From positions 496,001-560,000 of the forward strand of contig CBFFRP010000263.1 of NCBI GenBank assembly GCA_965644295.1: DNA of 64,000 bases, written 5' to 3'. The DNA comes from Paraphysomonas bandaiensis. Its lineage: Eukaryota; Protista; Chrysophyceae. Shown here piece by piece: positions 1 to 11,468 of the stretch. The notes under the pieces are model-generated. The model was not told the DNA's origin and did not search any database. It saw only the letters and a list, made by a program, of their open reading frames with translations. A program made the translations under genes and the position numbers. The stretch's first letter is position 1. Every line of letters starts with the position of its first letter.

Positions 1-739
1 TGCATCGAGTACATCATAACTATAACGGGTACAACTAGTTCCGAAAAACCTGTATACAATAGATAGGCCGTGCATATAACCAAGGGCAGAGGCAATTTCG
101 CAGAAATAAAATCGGGCTACATTCTCCTTAAATCGAACTTCTCGTTTCATTCGCATGTAGAGTTCACCACCCACAGCATATTCAAACACTAGTGCTATTG
201 CAGTTGGTGCCTGCAAAGAGATAACTCATACACAGCACTGTAAAAGGATACTACAAACCTGATAGCCCCCAAAAAAATGAATTAAGAAAGGATGATCTAG
301 TTTCCTCAAAATATTCATTTCCTGCCTTACTGTGATATAGTGAGATCACAAAGGTCAAACGTACCTGTTGTGTTCGCTCTGCACCCTTTGTATCAAATAT
401 TATTTTTTTGGGAATGAACTTTATCGCAATGTACTTTGAACTTCGTCGGTGTTGAGCATAAAAAACTAGACCAAACTTTCCCTGACCTGAAATACAGGTA
501 AGTGAGCTATCAGTTGAATGAAAACATCTCTGGGATACCTATCACAGATTGGAGTATGAATTCATCATGATTAAGTTGATCAATATCTGTACTCCCTGGA
601 TGTAATAACCATTCTACTCTTTTTGTTCTATAATATAACATATACATATATAGATATCAGTACATATCGAATATATATACATGATGATCTACCCGGATGA
701 TACTTGCATTGTATATTTCTTTGATGAACCACCTCCCAT
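1..739 (-). CDS. Ser/Thr protein kinase (AGC/PKA-like), multi-exon, runs off the window start
   Basis: Not in the ORF track. Manual splicing at GT-AG introns gives MGGGSSKK...IGQGKFGLVFYAQHRRSSKYIAIKFIPK...EMNILRKLDHPFLIHF...LVFEYAVGGELY...ARFYFCEIASALGYMHGLSIVYR, i.e. kinase subdomains I-VI, with an N-myristoylation-type start. Confidence 0.85.
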
Positions 740-1145
740 AGTACTGAATCAATTATAGTTTAATATAAATAAGTAGTAATGTGTGTATGTGTTATATACA
801 AGCAGATATGTAGTAGGTAGTAGTGGGTAGTGGGTAGTAGTAGGTGATGGTGGTGGTAATGTATAGAAGATGTAATAGATGTATGTATATGTTACATTCT
901 TAATACATTATTTAATAATAATAGAATGAAATATATTCCACTGTGTTTTAATGGATGTCAATACATGTTGTGTTAATAAAGGGTTCATTCATTCATATGT
1001 AAGTGAGGTGGGAGTGTGGTCACTTGATGGCATTAACAGACTGCTGCTTCTATTACTCCATACGTGTGTATGTAACTTCCTCTTGACATACTATAATATA
1101 GATAAATATATATTATCATTAGAGATGCTAATAGAATACACAGTT

Positions 1146-1218
1146 GCCGGGCTAGCTCAGTCGGTAGAGCGCAGGACTCTTAATCCTGTGGTCGTGGGTT
1201 CGAGCCCCACGTTCGGTG
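1146..1218 (+). tRNA. tRNA-Lys(CTT)
   Basis: 73-nt cloverleaf GCCGGGC...GTTCGGT-G; D arm TAGCTCAGTCGGTAGAGC; anticodon arm CAGGA-CT-CTT-AA-TCCTG; T loop GGTTCGAGCC; T-run just downstream. Confidence 0.96.
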
Positions 1219-1327
1219 CAAAATTTTTTCAATACTCTTATAATGATTTACTATAACTTCTTAATATATATATCGTAAAAAATGCCAAAGCCATTACCAA
1301 AGAAAGTCAGTTCGATACTGGCAATGA

Positions 1328-1400
1328 GGGCGACTAGCTCAATTGGTAGAGCGCACGCTTAGCATGCGTGAGGTAGTGGGATCGAAGCCCACGTTGTCCA
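1328..1400 (+). tRNA. tRNA-Ala(AGC)
   Basis: 73-nt cloverleaf GGGCGAC...GTTGTCC-A with the G3:U70 alanine identity pair; anticodon arm CACGC-TT-AGC-AT-GCGTG; T-runs downstream. Confidence 0.95.
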
Positions 1401-1674
1401 CATCTTTTTATTTTCGTCATCCATATACTGTGTTATACGTAGTGGTATATCTCTGTATTTTAGGATTGTCCACCTCTTTGGCCACTCATGTAGGGTACAC
1501 ATATCTGTACATATAGAGAAGTACGAGTGGTATGATGCCTCAGGCCACATACTTTTACTGTATGTACATGTATATGTATATATAACCATATACAATCTAC
1601 GTCTCATTATATTAAGTCTTATATCACTCTATATATGGACATATCACTCATAATACACTGATAACTATCCTCTC

Positions 1675-4600
1675 ATGTTAACCCCTAGATATGTACATCG
1701 TTATATGTCAATCACCCGTCTCTGGCCTATCATACACCGCTCACAACCTCATATCCGGCCCTTCTCACTCCTTCCTAGTATATATGTACCCAGAGAATTT
1801 GATAAAGAACTTAAATCACTTATATCTGGTTCATTTTCATCAGCTGATATTAATAAGTTTCTATCCAATCATTTGAATGATATGTCAGAGCATGATATTG
1901 GCAATTTTATGCTACAATGTGGACATAGTCGTGTACGTATTAATGACAAATACATTAACCGAATATTGCTATATTTTAAGAGCAGTAGGAAACCTATATC
2001 CACTACAACTATTGCTCGTATTTTTTACGGATTAAATGGGTTCGCATCAAAAGAGGTGTATGAATCTCTGTCGCACGTTTTACGACAGTCGGCTGGAAGC
2101 ATCAATCCAAGTGTGTTTAGCCTTGCAGTCAAAGGGTTGAAGAATCTTGGCGCGAAAGGGGTTTCTGACGAAGTTGTAGAGCTTCTTCTTGACAGGGTAA
2201 ATTGCCTTTTTTTCTACGCTTCTATTAAGTAACTCAAATATTCTGTAGGTGGTGCCTTTTCCTGATGGTGACCTCCGGTCTGCATCGATGATATTGCATA
2301 GTCTCTACTTTATCCAGCCGGAATCTCGAGCTGCTAACAAAATCTTAACATATGCTCGAAACGCCCTAGAAAGTCACGATGAAGCCATGACTCTTTATGA
2401 TATAGGTACATAATATTTTGTTGTCTTTGTGCAATCATATGTCCGTAGTGTCATCTCATTAGAATATGTAGGTGTGGCGCTTTTGGGTATTAGACGCTTT
2501 CCTATTGGTGATCCCTTAAAGCGCTCTGTATTTCGATACCTTGTTCAGAAATTAGCGGCTGAGCGAGAGAGACTTCGTGCTGATTCTGCTACCGTAAACC
2601 CCGCTTGCGTTACCCGGATCATCACTGCCCTCCCGACGTCATCACTTGACTGCGGTACAGACCCTGATCTTTTAGAAGCATTCGATATTTTGTCCAGTCT
2701 ACTTCAAATGCCACTAGAGCGCCCATTGATGGGAAAGGAACTGTCAGCTGTTTTTTCAACTTTATCAGGTAATCTCGATAGGTCGCCCAATCTAAGGACA
2801 TCTGTTTTTGATTGTGCGACCACCAGCATACAGCTTCGACAAAAGATATCGGCGTCTGATCTCACTGAAATTCTTTTGGGCATGGGAAAGTGCGAATACA
2901 GCGAACTGACTAGTAAGAATTTTGTAAATTGTATCTCTGAAACTTTGGCGAAAACTGCAGTCAGTGGAGATTTTACCGAAGATCAAGTCCAGATGATTTT
3001 GTGTGGTCTAGGGCAGAAACGTATCTCCAGTACTGAGACAATACTGGACACCATCTTACCCGAATTTCTAGAAGTTTATGGCAAATGGAATTTACCACTC
3101 ATTTTGGATGCACAGCATCGTATTTCCTCAATGAATTGGAGTCGCCGTGTGAAGAGTAAGGTTCATACTCAGGTTGCGAGATGTATCCGATTTATCCCAG
3201 ATGAGCCGTCCACTGCTGAGGTGGTCGCCTTCCTAAAAGCTATTGGTACCTACCGTACTGTTGGGTTTATAAAAGACTATATGAAAGAATATGTGTTGAG
3301 ACTGATGAATGCTCAAAATGAAATATGGTTCAATGAGAGTGAACTGTGTGGCGTGTTTAAAAATCTAACTGACTCTCTGTGGAAAGCGCCTTCGATATGG
3401 GATATGTTAGGTGAGATTGTAAGGCGTGTGCCATCTGAAAGTATCATTAAAAGTACTCCCGTGATGGTACATGGATTTCAGTCTCTCCGATTTACGGGTG
3501 ATAGTATTCATGAGGTCATCTCCAAGGAAGATTGTAACCCGGTCATATCTTACTTGTTGATGCTTTGCAATCAACTCGAAAAGCAGGAATCAATAGCCAT
3601 GAGTGGGACACAGTTTTCACAAGTACTTTCTGGTTTCCGAAATTTTACAACTCGGAGGAATGAAGTCACTCAGGCTATTGATCTTCTTCTATCGCGAGCA
3701 TGTATTTCAGAGCCGATGACAGTTAAAGACCTGTCCAATTGTTTAAAAAGCATCAGGAATATGAAAATCAATACCCCGAGTGTTGAAAATATCATAAATA
3801 TGTTAATCACTCAAAATCAGAGAATCAAGGGAGTTATGACTAGCTCGGAATTATTGGCAGCAGTAAATATGCTATGCATCTCTGAACCCTGCGAGTCACG
3901 CGCCAAGGTTTTTATCCTGCTCGCCACACTTTGCAATGAGCACACTTCCTTTTTTTCCGCTGCCGATATTTCCAACATATTTCTTCGGTTACAGCACTTA
4001 TCTAAGTGTGCTGATTCACAACCATTGGTGGAGGCACTGGGAAAAAAGCTTCTCCTCTGTGAATTCATATCACTCGATGATGTCAGTAAGATATGCGCAG
4101 GGGTCAAGAATTTTGATAGCAGGAGCCCTGTTTTATCAAAGCTGATGAAAACAACTTTAAAAAAGCTTGATGACTGTACTGATTTCGATTTCTTATTGAC
4201 TATGCGTTGCATATTAGATTTGTGGGTACACAAATCAAAATGTGAATCTGCGCAAGAAGTTGTCTATTATCTGATGTCGAGGCTTCGGCAAAGAATCTGT
4301 CAAGATCCGAAGATGGTACGAATTTTGATAGCATCGGCACAAGAAATCCTAGAAAGTTCTCATCCAGATAGACAAGCTGTGCTCGACATGTTTGCCGAAA
4401 ACGTGTTGCCCTTCACTGTTTCTGGCAAGTCCATTGTAGTTGATGATGCAACAATGTGCCTGGGTGTCGATACTGCAGGCACAGAAGTTCTCAACAATAC
4501 TGTGGCGGCAAATTCTATGTCACCCGATGTGGGTTTCGAGTCTTCAAACATTTGTTCTGTGATCATGCGTTTTGGTAATTGCCCATCAGACCCGTCACTT

Positions 4601-4984
4601 CGTGAGAGTGTCGGTATATTGCTGGAAAAGTCGGTGCCAGCCCAGTGGAATCCCACTTGGATTGCTTTAACTTTAGCATCTTTTGAAAAACAATCACATG
4701 ATGACATAATTGTGCGAAAAGTATTAGCGTTCCTTGCAGAAGCGATTAATTGTTGTGAACATCCTTTCAATTCGGAAGACGCTTTGCATTGTATAAAGGG
4801 CCTTCGGAGTAAGAGCGCTGTATCTGAAGTTGAGTTAGTCATTGAAGCCTTAGGAAAAAGAAATGTCTTCGCTAGTGTACATAGTAGTGAAAACCTGCGG
4901 AGTGTATTACTCACTTTGGATGAAGGAGTGTGTGGCCTTGTTTTGCTACAGGATGAAGAGTACTGCTGTACATTGCTCGAATGA
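1675..4984 (+). CDS. Degenerate helical-repeat protein with a probable mitochondrial presequence (3 exons)
   Basis: ORFs 1675-2232 and 2429-4984 can be joined through GT-AG introns at ~2197-2248 and ~2406-2471. The N-terminus is Arg-rich and lacks acidic residues. A ~40-aa motif recurs (IARIFYGLNGF, FSQVLSGFRNF, LSNCLKSIRNM, VSKICAGVKNF). Confidence 0.7.
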
Positions 4985-5102
4985 TATTTGTAAATGTGAA
5001 ATTTCGATAGAAGGAGCTCAGTTATCACTAACAAATATAATAAATGCGCGTCCTCTTTCATTTTGATTTCACGTCTAGCTATCACTAACAAATGATATAA
5101 AT

Positions 5103-5138
5103 GCACAAGCAGCTTTCGTAGGGTTAAATAGTAGGATA
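5103..5138 (+). repeat. Short relic of the LINE/SINE 3' motif
   Basis: GCACAAGCAGCTTTCGTAGGGTTAAATAGTAGGATA matches the second half of the motif at 22734, 45676, 47733 and 56498. Confidence 0.7.
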
Positions 5139-5858
5139 TCCGCTACCAAATAAAGAATTGATATTTATAATAGTGAAACAATGAGTGTTTATTAGAGTGT
5201 AAGTAATGAACACGATAGAATGAGAATTATGAATAACAACATAGAACATAACTATCATGCACAACGGAATAGTTAGAAGTGTAACTGATAATGACGAGGT
5301 TATTATTCAGATCAATGCATTTGGGAGTATGTTTGTAAGTTTAAGTAGAGCTACAGGCACTATAATTCTAAAATTTACACTCGCAAACTTGTGCGTTCCA
5401 ACAAACAACAAACGACACTGTTGACAAAGTAAACCGTGCAGCTGTCATCTTCACCACAATACACTAATTCGGAAAGCTATTTGATGATATACAACGATCT
5501 TAATACACTTCCATTAAAGAAATGTATGCGCACAAAGATTATAGTGTTGCTATGCCGCCTACCATCTACCATATAGCACGCATGTGTGCCTAGCACTGGT
5601 ACTTGCAACAATGGGGCATAGTGTGCACTATACAAATTTATATGTAATGAAGCATGCACGGTCCTAGCGTTTTATTGGAGTAGAACCTACGAATTCAAGA
5701 ACCAAGAACCTAAGTATTCCAATAAGGAAACAAATATTTTCATGAAAAGGACGGTAAAAACTACCTCAACTATATTTTGTAAACTACTTTGTATTATACA
5801 TTTACACAATATATTAAAAAACTGAAATCAGGAAAGCGATAGATTAAGATGAAATCGT

Positions 5859-7320
5859 CTACTGTGTAATGCTGTGTCGACGTTTCTGAGGTGTTGATAC
5901 ACCAGACTTTGATGGAAATGAAGACGAGCTGAAATAAAAATGATGGTGTTCAGGCTCGTAATGACCAGTTATATGCAACGTTCTCCTCCTACGAAACCGC
6001 TCAGAAAATAACCTACAGCCTATATGTAAAACACGAATCGTAATAAAAAGTACCCACCTCTGATTTTCCCCAGTACCATCGATCACGATATTTTCTTCAC
6101 TGACGTTTCGTGACGGGCGGTGCTCATGCTTCTGGCGGCTATTCAAGTTCACGTCAGAGGGATAATACAAAAAATATACTTACTGCCGCGCATTATCCAC
6201 GTGACTTGGAAACTCTTCGATGCTGCACAACGCAAGGCGTTAATCGCTAATCAAATAGACATATACAGTAAACATACGCGTAATCGGCAATAGAGGCTGG
6301 CGCCGGATGAATCTGTCCTGAGCTTTTTCTAACCAGCATACTGCGTAAACACGTTGTCGGAATATTAGCTACCAAAATATCAAAGGAAAGGAAGTAAAGA
6401 TGTAAAAGTCACATATGAACATAGAGCTACTTCACTGCTAACACACCATTCCGTCGAAGAAGATCGACTCGGTGTCTCCTGTTTCCTGTAGTTTATACCC
6501 AAAAGCTTGGAGACTGGAACATACTCATTGTGGCACATCGCGGTCCTTTTCCTCTGCAGTTCATCCCAAAAGTGGTTCCCAATCACGGCAGTGCGGAACT
6601 TAGTCTGCAGGGCAAATGCGGGATATAAGAGAGCCGTGTGGCTCTTTAGAAATCGGCAAAATGCATATACATCAATAGTAGTGCGACCAAGCTCGCCAAG
6701 ACAATAACACGCCCTACTCACATATTATAAGCAGTGATCATGCATATCAACACAATATTGTGGACACACGGACGGTACCTTCTGGCATGTACACTATGCT
6801 CAAAGTCTTCCCCATACAAATCCTTAATCAAACATATAATTTCCGAGATTTCAATGTTACCGCTTCTATCAATATCACACATATCATATGCGAACATCTC
6901 TGAAATAATAAATGAGCACAAAAGGCACTGAAATATATCCACAAGTACCGATACAGTTCCTTTCTAGTGTGCAATAATTCCATACACTGATCACAAATCT
7001 ATTAAAGCCAAGTATACTAGAATGATCACCATCACTAATTGAAAATATACGTTTTGTGAATTCATTATTTTCAATAGATAAGTAATGAAGTGTTTCATCT
7101 ATATGTATACTATCCGTGCTGCGTATATCCATCTGACGATAGAGTTTATATAGTCGACCAACATCACTTTCAGTTAATTGAAGTATATCATATTCATCTT
7201 TATGCTCTTTGACACATGGATAACTCTGTATATATATTATATTAGGTTATATCTATGATATATTGGGATATATCTACATACACTGTATACACGAGAGTAT
7301 TTAGAGAATAAGCCCCCCAT
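5859..7320 (-). CDS. EF-hand Ca2+-binding protein (calcineurin-B/recoverin-like), multi-exon
   Basis: ATG at 7320 (MGGLFSK). Exons encode EF-hand-like loops DIRSTDSIHIDE, DGDHSSILGFNRF and DIDRSGNIEISE. Several short GT-AG introns; the 3' exon structure is approximate. Confidence 0.75.
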
Positions 7321-7821
7321 TACTTGATTATATTATTCATATGTACATTGTATGTATGATAGTTATGAGTAGTATTAATATTTGATGTTATACATGATTG
7401 TATTGAGCATTATTTGTATAGTTTAATAGTAACTTGGAGGGATATGAGTGTATAGATATGAAGACTGCTGTAAGCTGCTGTACTGTTACGACTCTGCTGT
7501 GTTTATGTGTATGTATAGTATGTACGTATGTATATGTCATGGATAGAGTATTCCTACATAGAAATTTTGGTATGGTACTGCTCTACTCTGTACTGAAGTA
7601 CTGTTGAATTGTACTACGATAGACTATAGTATAGTACAGTACTACAGTACTACAGTACTGCTGTACTTTCTCTATTCTATTACGTACACTACACTATGCT
7701 CTGTGTGTGTATGTATGCTTCCATTCCTAGTAGGAAATCAACTGCATGTCATCAATAGCTATACACATACATCATTAAACTATCAGGATAGCTCATACAT
7801 TATCATTATAGATAGAAACTA

Positions 7822-9204
7822 ATGGATACAATGATGGAAATAGATGATAATGAAAGATATTATAACTATGACAATATTAATCTAGAGGAATATGCATCTC
7901 GTTATGCAGGATACACTCTATTAACCCGTATGCGTTTTATTGCTAATACAATTAAACCATTACGAAATAAAGCTTTAAAGATTTTACATGATGAACTTAA
8001 GAAAGGCATGTGTACATCTATATATACTGAAATATTCTCGGAAATGGATAATTCTTTTGATTCGGATTTTGTATATGACTCCACTTGGGTGAATGAAACA
8101 GAAAGACAAGCTGAAGCTAGAATGGAACAATTGATTGCTGATCTTAATGCTGCTAAAAGTTCAGTAATTAAAGAAACAATTCGGGAGGCTTTCAATGATA
8201 TTGGAGATTTTGAGTATGCTCGAGGGCATCTCATCGAAGCAGCGAAAGCGTACTTAAGAACACGTGATTACACCTCCATGGCCCGCCATACGGAGGACAT
8301 GTGCGTAAACATGGTGACCGTATACATTGGACTTGAAAAAATGTTGAACATTGTGAATTTTTCGAATAAAGCTGAAGACGCTGATACCAGCGTGTTGGTG
8401 AGAGACAAGTTATACGCGGCATACGCTTTGGTTTATCTATCGCAATCTGATTACCTGGAAGTTGCACGCAAATTTCTTAATATTGATGGTAATATTATTG
8501 GAAAGTTTCCACATATTATATCGACAGAGGACATCGCAATCTTTGCCACTATCTGCGCACTTGCTACGTTCGATAGGACGGACATAAGAAAGTCCTTAAT
8601 GGAAAATAGAAAATTTAAGAGTATTCTCGAACAGGTCCCATCGATGCGTTTGCTTGTACAAGAGTTTCTTGACAGGAAGTTTTCATCAGTGCGTTGTCGC
8701 TTGGAGGAGTTGAGACCTCTATTGAGTTTGGATATACATTTTAACTCCCATATTGACAAAATCTTCAAACTAATATTGGACAAAATGATAATTCAGTACT
8801 TCGCTCCATATGGTAAAGTTGATTTGACTAAAATGGCAGCAGAACTGGGTTTAGATGCGAAAACATTAGAAGCCTCTTTATTCGCCCTGATATCGAAAGG
8901 GAAGTTGGCTGCACTTATTGATATTGCCGGCAATACTCTTCGTAGACGTGATGTCGACAAGAGAAAACAAGCCATGAGTAGTGTGTGTCAGCTAGCCAAG
9001 TCACACGGCGAATATATGAGGCGATCAATTTTGCGCCTTTCCTTGCTGAAGCACAAATTGAGTGTCATTGCCAATGAAGGATTCGAAGAAATTGAGCAAT
9101 TCAATGGTGGGAATAGGGGTATGTCGGATGGCAGTGGTGGGTTTGTCCATAGGGATCATTATCAGGAACATTTCGCAGAATCATCTATGGATATTGGACT
9201 CTAA
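7822..9204 (+). CDS. CSN1: COP9 signalosome subunit 1
   Basis: 460-aa ORF. NLEEYASRYAGYTLLTRMRFIA N-terminus, RPN7-like region (KETIREAFNDIGDFEYARG...YLRTRDY), C-terminal PCI domain (IQYFAPYGKVDLTKMA...LAALID). Confidence 0.92.
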   Translation: MDTMMEIDDNERYYNYDNINLEEYASRYAGYTLLTRMRFIANTIKPLRNKALKILHDELKKGMCTSIYTEIFSEMDNSFDSDFVYDSTWVNETERQAEARMEQLIADLNAAKSSVIKETIREAFNDIGDFEYARGHLIEAAKAYLRTRDYTSMARHTEDMCVNMVTVYIGLEKMLNIVNFSNKAEDADTSVLVRDKLYAAYALVYLSQSDYLEVARKFLNIDGNIIGKFPHIISTEDIAIFATICALATFDRTDIRKSLMENRKFKSILEQVPSMRLLVQEFLDRKFSSVRCRLEELRPLLSLDIHFNSHIDKIFKLILDKMIIQYFAPYGKVDLTKMAAELGLDAKTLEASLFALISKGKLAALIDIAGNTLRRRDVDKRKQAMSSVCQLAKSHGEYMRRSILRLSLLKHKLSVIANEGFEEIEQFNGGNRGMSDGSGGFVHRDHYQEHFAESSMDIGL

Positions 9205-10224
9205 TCGTCATTTGATTTAATGTTTTGTTATGACAACATAGTTCATGCAGTATTTGCCTAAACTGCAATATTTTTTTCTCGGAGAAACAGTGTAATAATT
9301 CGAGTTATTTGGTGATAATTCAGCAACATCGCGTATATGAAGTCGTAGTACGTGTAATTTTCAAGCTTTATTATTATAGATATAATTTCTTTCTTGATTG
9401 GCATAGTTTCCACTTATAAATCCCGTAATGGGCTTATCTTTACCTAACCCTACAAGGCGATGAGAAAGCATTTTAGGTTTGTGAGCATCTTGCTAGGAGA
9501 GTCAAAGTGTTGAAAACTGGACAGGAACAATCACCAAGTTTCGCTATGATGGGTGACTCGTGACTCGTAAGTACTCTTTCACAAGATTCAACTTACTTCT
9601 AATAACCTTTCACATAGTATATCCTGTATAAATGTATAAACAAATAAACATAGTATTTCATATTTCAGACTCTACGATCTTATCATTTAGTGCTAACGTG
9701 CGAAGACATTAAAATACGACGCGTTTTGTACATTTCATTAAAATAACATTAAATGTCCACTACGTCATGTATTCCAACATACTATCCGAAATGATTTGAG
9801 CCACACATCATACCAAGGTGTTCAACCACGCATAGTAGATAATGTATATATTGCTCTAATTATTACATGATTCGCTCTTCTGCAAGGCACTTTATAATCA
9901 TAATGTAGTCAGATATTTAACAAAATACAATTATTTTGCTTTGTACTTGAGTTTTTTGGGCGATAGATATCACCTACTACAATACATACAACTTCTACTC
10001 GAATGCGGTTATGATTTTTCACAATATCAATAGGACATCTGTTCTTAATACTTTTCATCAATCATAATTTCACTTTGTATATATGTTAAACAGCCACACA
10101 TTCAGAATTGAAACTGCCTCTCAATAATATATTTATGCATTATTTCCCTACTTTCTATACAATATGTGGCATGCACACAATAAATCCTGTCAGAGTGTTG
10201 CCGTGGTGATTTTAAATTACCACA

Positions 10225-11075
10225 TTACAATAGCGTACGAATGTTTTTGAATTTACAACTACGACACACAAGTAAATCTTGTTTTACTTTTGTCAATGCT
10301 ACAGCAACCTGTCCGCAGCTTGCACAAGTAATACCATCTGATGTACATACTTGCTGAGTTGGCAATGGATCAGCCGGAAACGATATAACTGAGCCTCGCT
10401 GACCAATGCTGCTATTTAAGGACATGGCGCTATGTTGTGACAAACAGTCGGCTTCAAGCACGTCAGCAATTAAATCGGCATAACTCTTCCCATATCTGTC
10501 TCGTATATCGGTCCTGGCCCCGGCGCTGAGAAGCAATGCCACCACATCATCTCGACTCTGGGACGCTGCCTTCATCAGTGAAGTGCGACCATCTCCAAAA
10601 CTTGTATCGATGGCATCAATATCTGCGCCATTATTGATGAGAATATCGCAGATGTCACGCCAACCTGAGAAAGCTATGCCACATCAAATTACTTACACAC
10701 AAATTATTAACAACTTCCATACCACAACGATGCAAAGGCGTGGCTCCACAACCATCTGGGGCTGGAATACCATCAACTATCGCTCCTTTAGATAATAAGA
10801 ACTTCACAATATTAATATGTCCATGTTGTGCAGCTGTATACAATATATGAAACCGTATATCACATCAATACAATACATTTACCATAATGAAGTGCTGTGT
10901 AGCCATATGTATCTACTTTATTAACTAAATTCGGCTTTTCCTCAATACGTCTTTGTAACATCGACATACTTCCCTCACACGCACATGTCCATATCGAACA
11001 ATCAGATGATGTATTCTTACAAGGGCAAGTCTCCGGACATGTCGTTCCATGAGATAAAGCAATAGTAAAACTCAT
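10225..11075 (-). CDS. Ankyrin-repeat protein (ANKRD39-like) with a C-terminal Cys cluster, 3 exons
   Basis: Ankyrin motifs DTYGYTALHY/AAQHGHINIVKFLLSKGA, CGATPLHR, and LMKAASQSRDDVVALLLSAGA, split by short introns; C-terminal CASC...CRSC. Confidence 0.85.
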
Positions 11076-11468
11076 TTAAACTTATTCTATTATGAAGTAA
11101 TTCATTCGATTATGTTAGTGTTGTTAAAGTATGATATACTCCAACACACTCATATATATATATATAGATAGATAGATGCCTATACAGAGTAGAGGTGAGC
11201 ACATACAATTACCTTTCGGGAATGATTATTAACCAATCAATAATATTGAAATATATTATATAACATTTAATTGGTTAGAAATCCATAGAAAAACACTTCT
11301 TCATATTATACTGTACTGCTGTATATGTATGTATATGTATGTATGTGTACTGACTGTCTATGTACAGTGAAGTGTACAGAAAGGCGGTGTCTATGCCTAC
11401 ATGTACATACATATATATACATATATCATAATCATATTAACAAGATGCTATAAGATACATTACATCAC

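Noticed and set aside
951-1256. 101-aa ORF containing AGLAQSVERRTLNPVVVGSSPT
   Set aside because: This is the translation of the tRNA-Lys gene.
4360-5106. 248-aa antisense ORF and similar shadow ORFs over CSN1, XPG, the calpain, RCC1 and Copia
   Set aside because: They overlap well-supported genes on the other strand or frame and have no motifs of their own.
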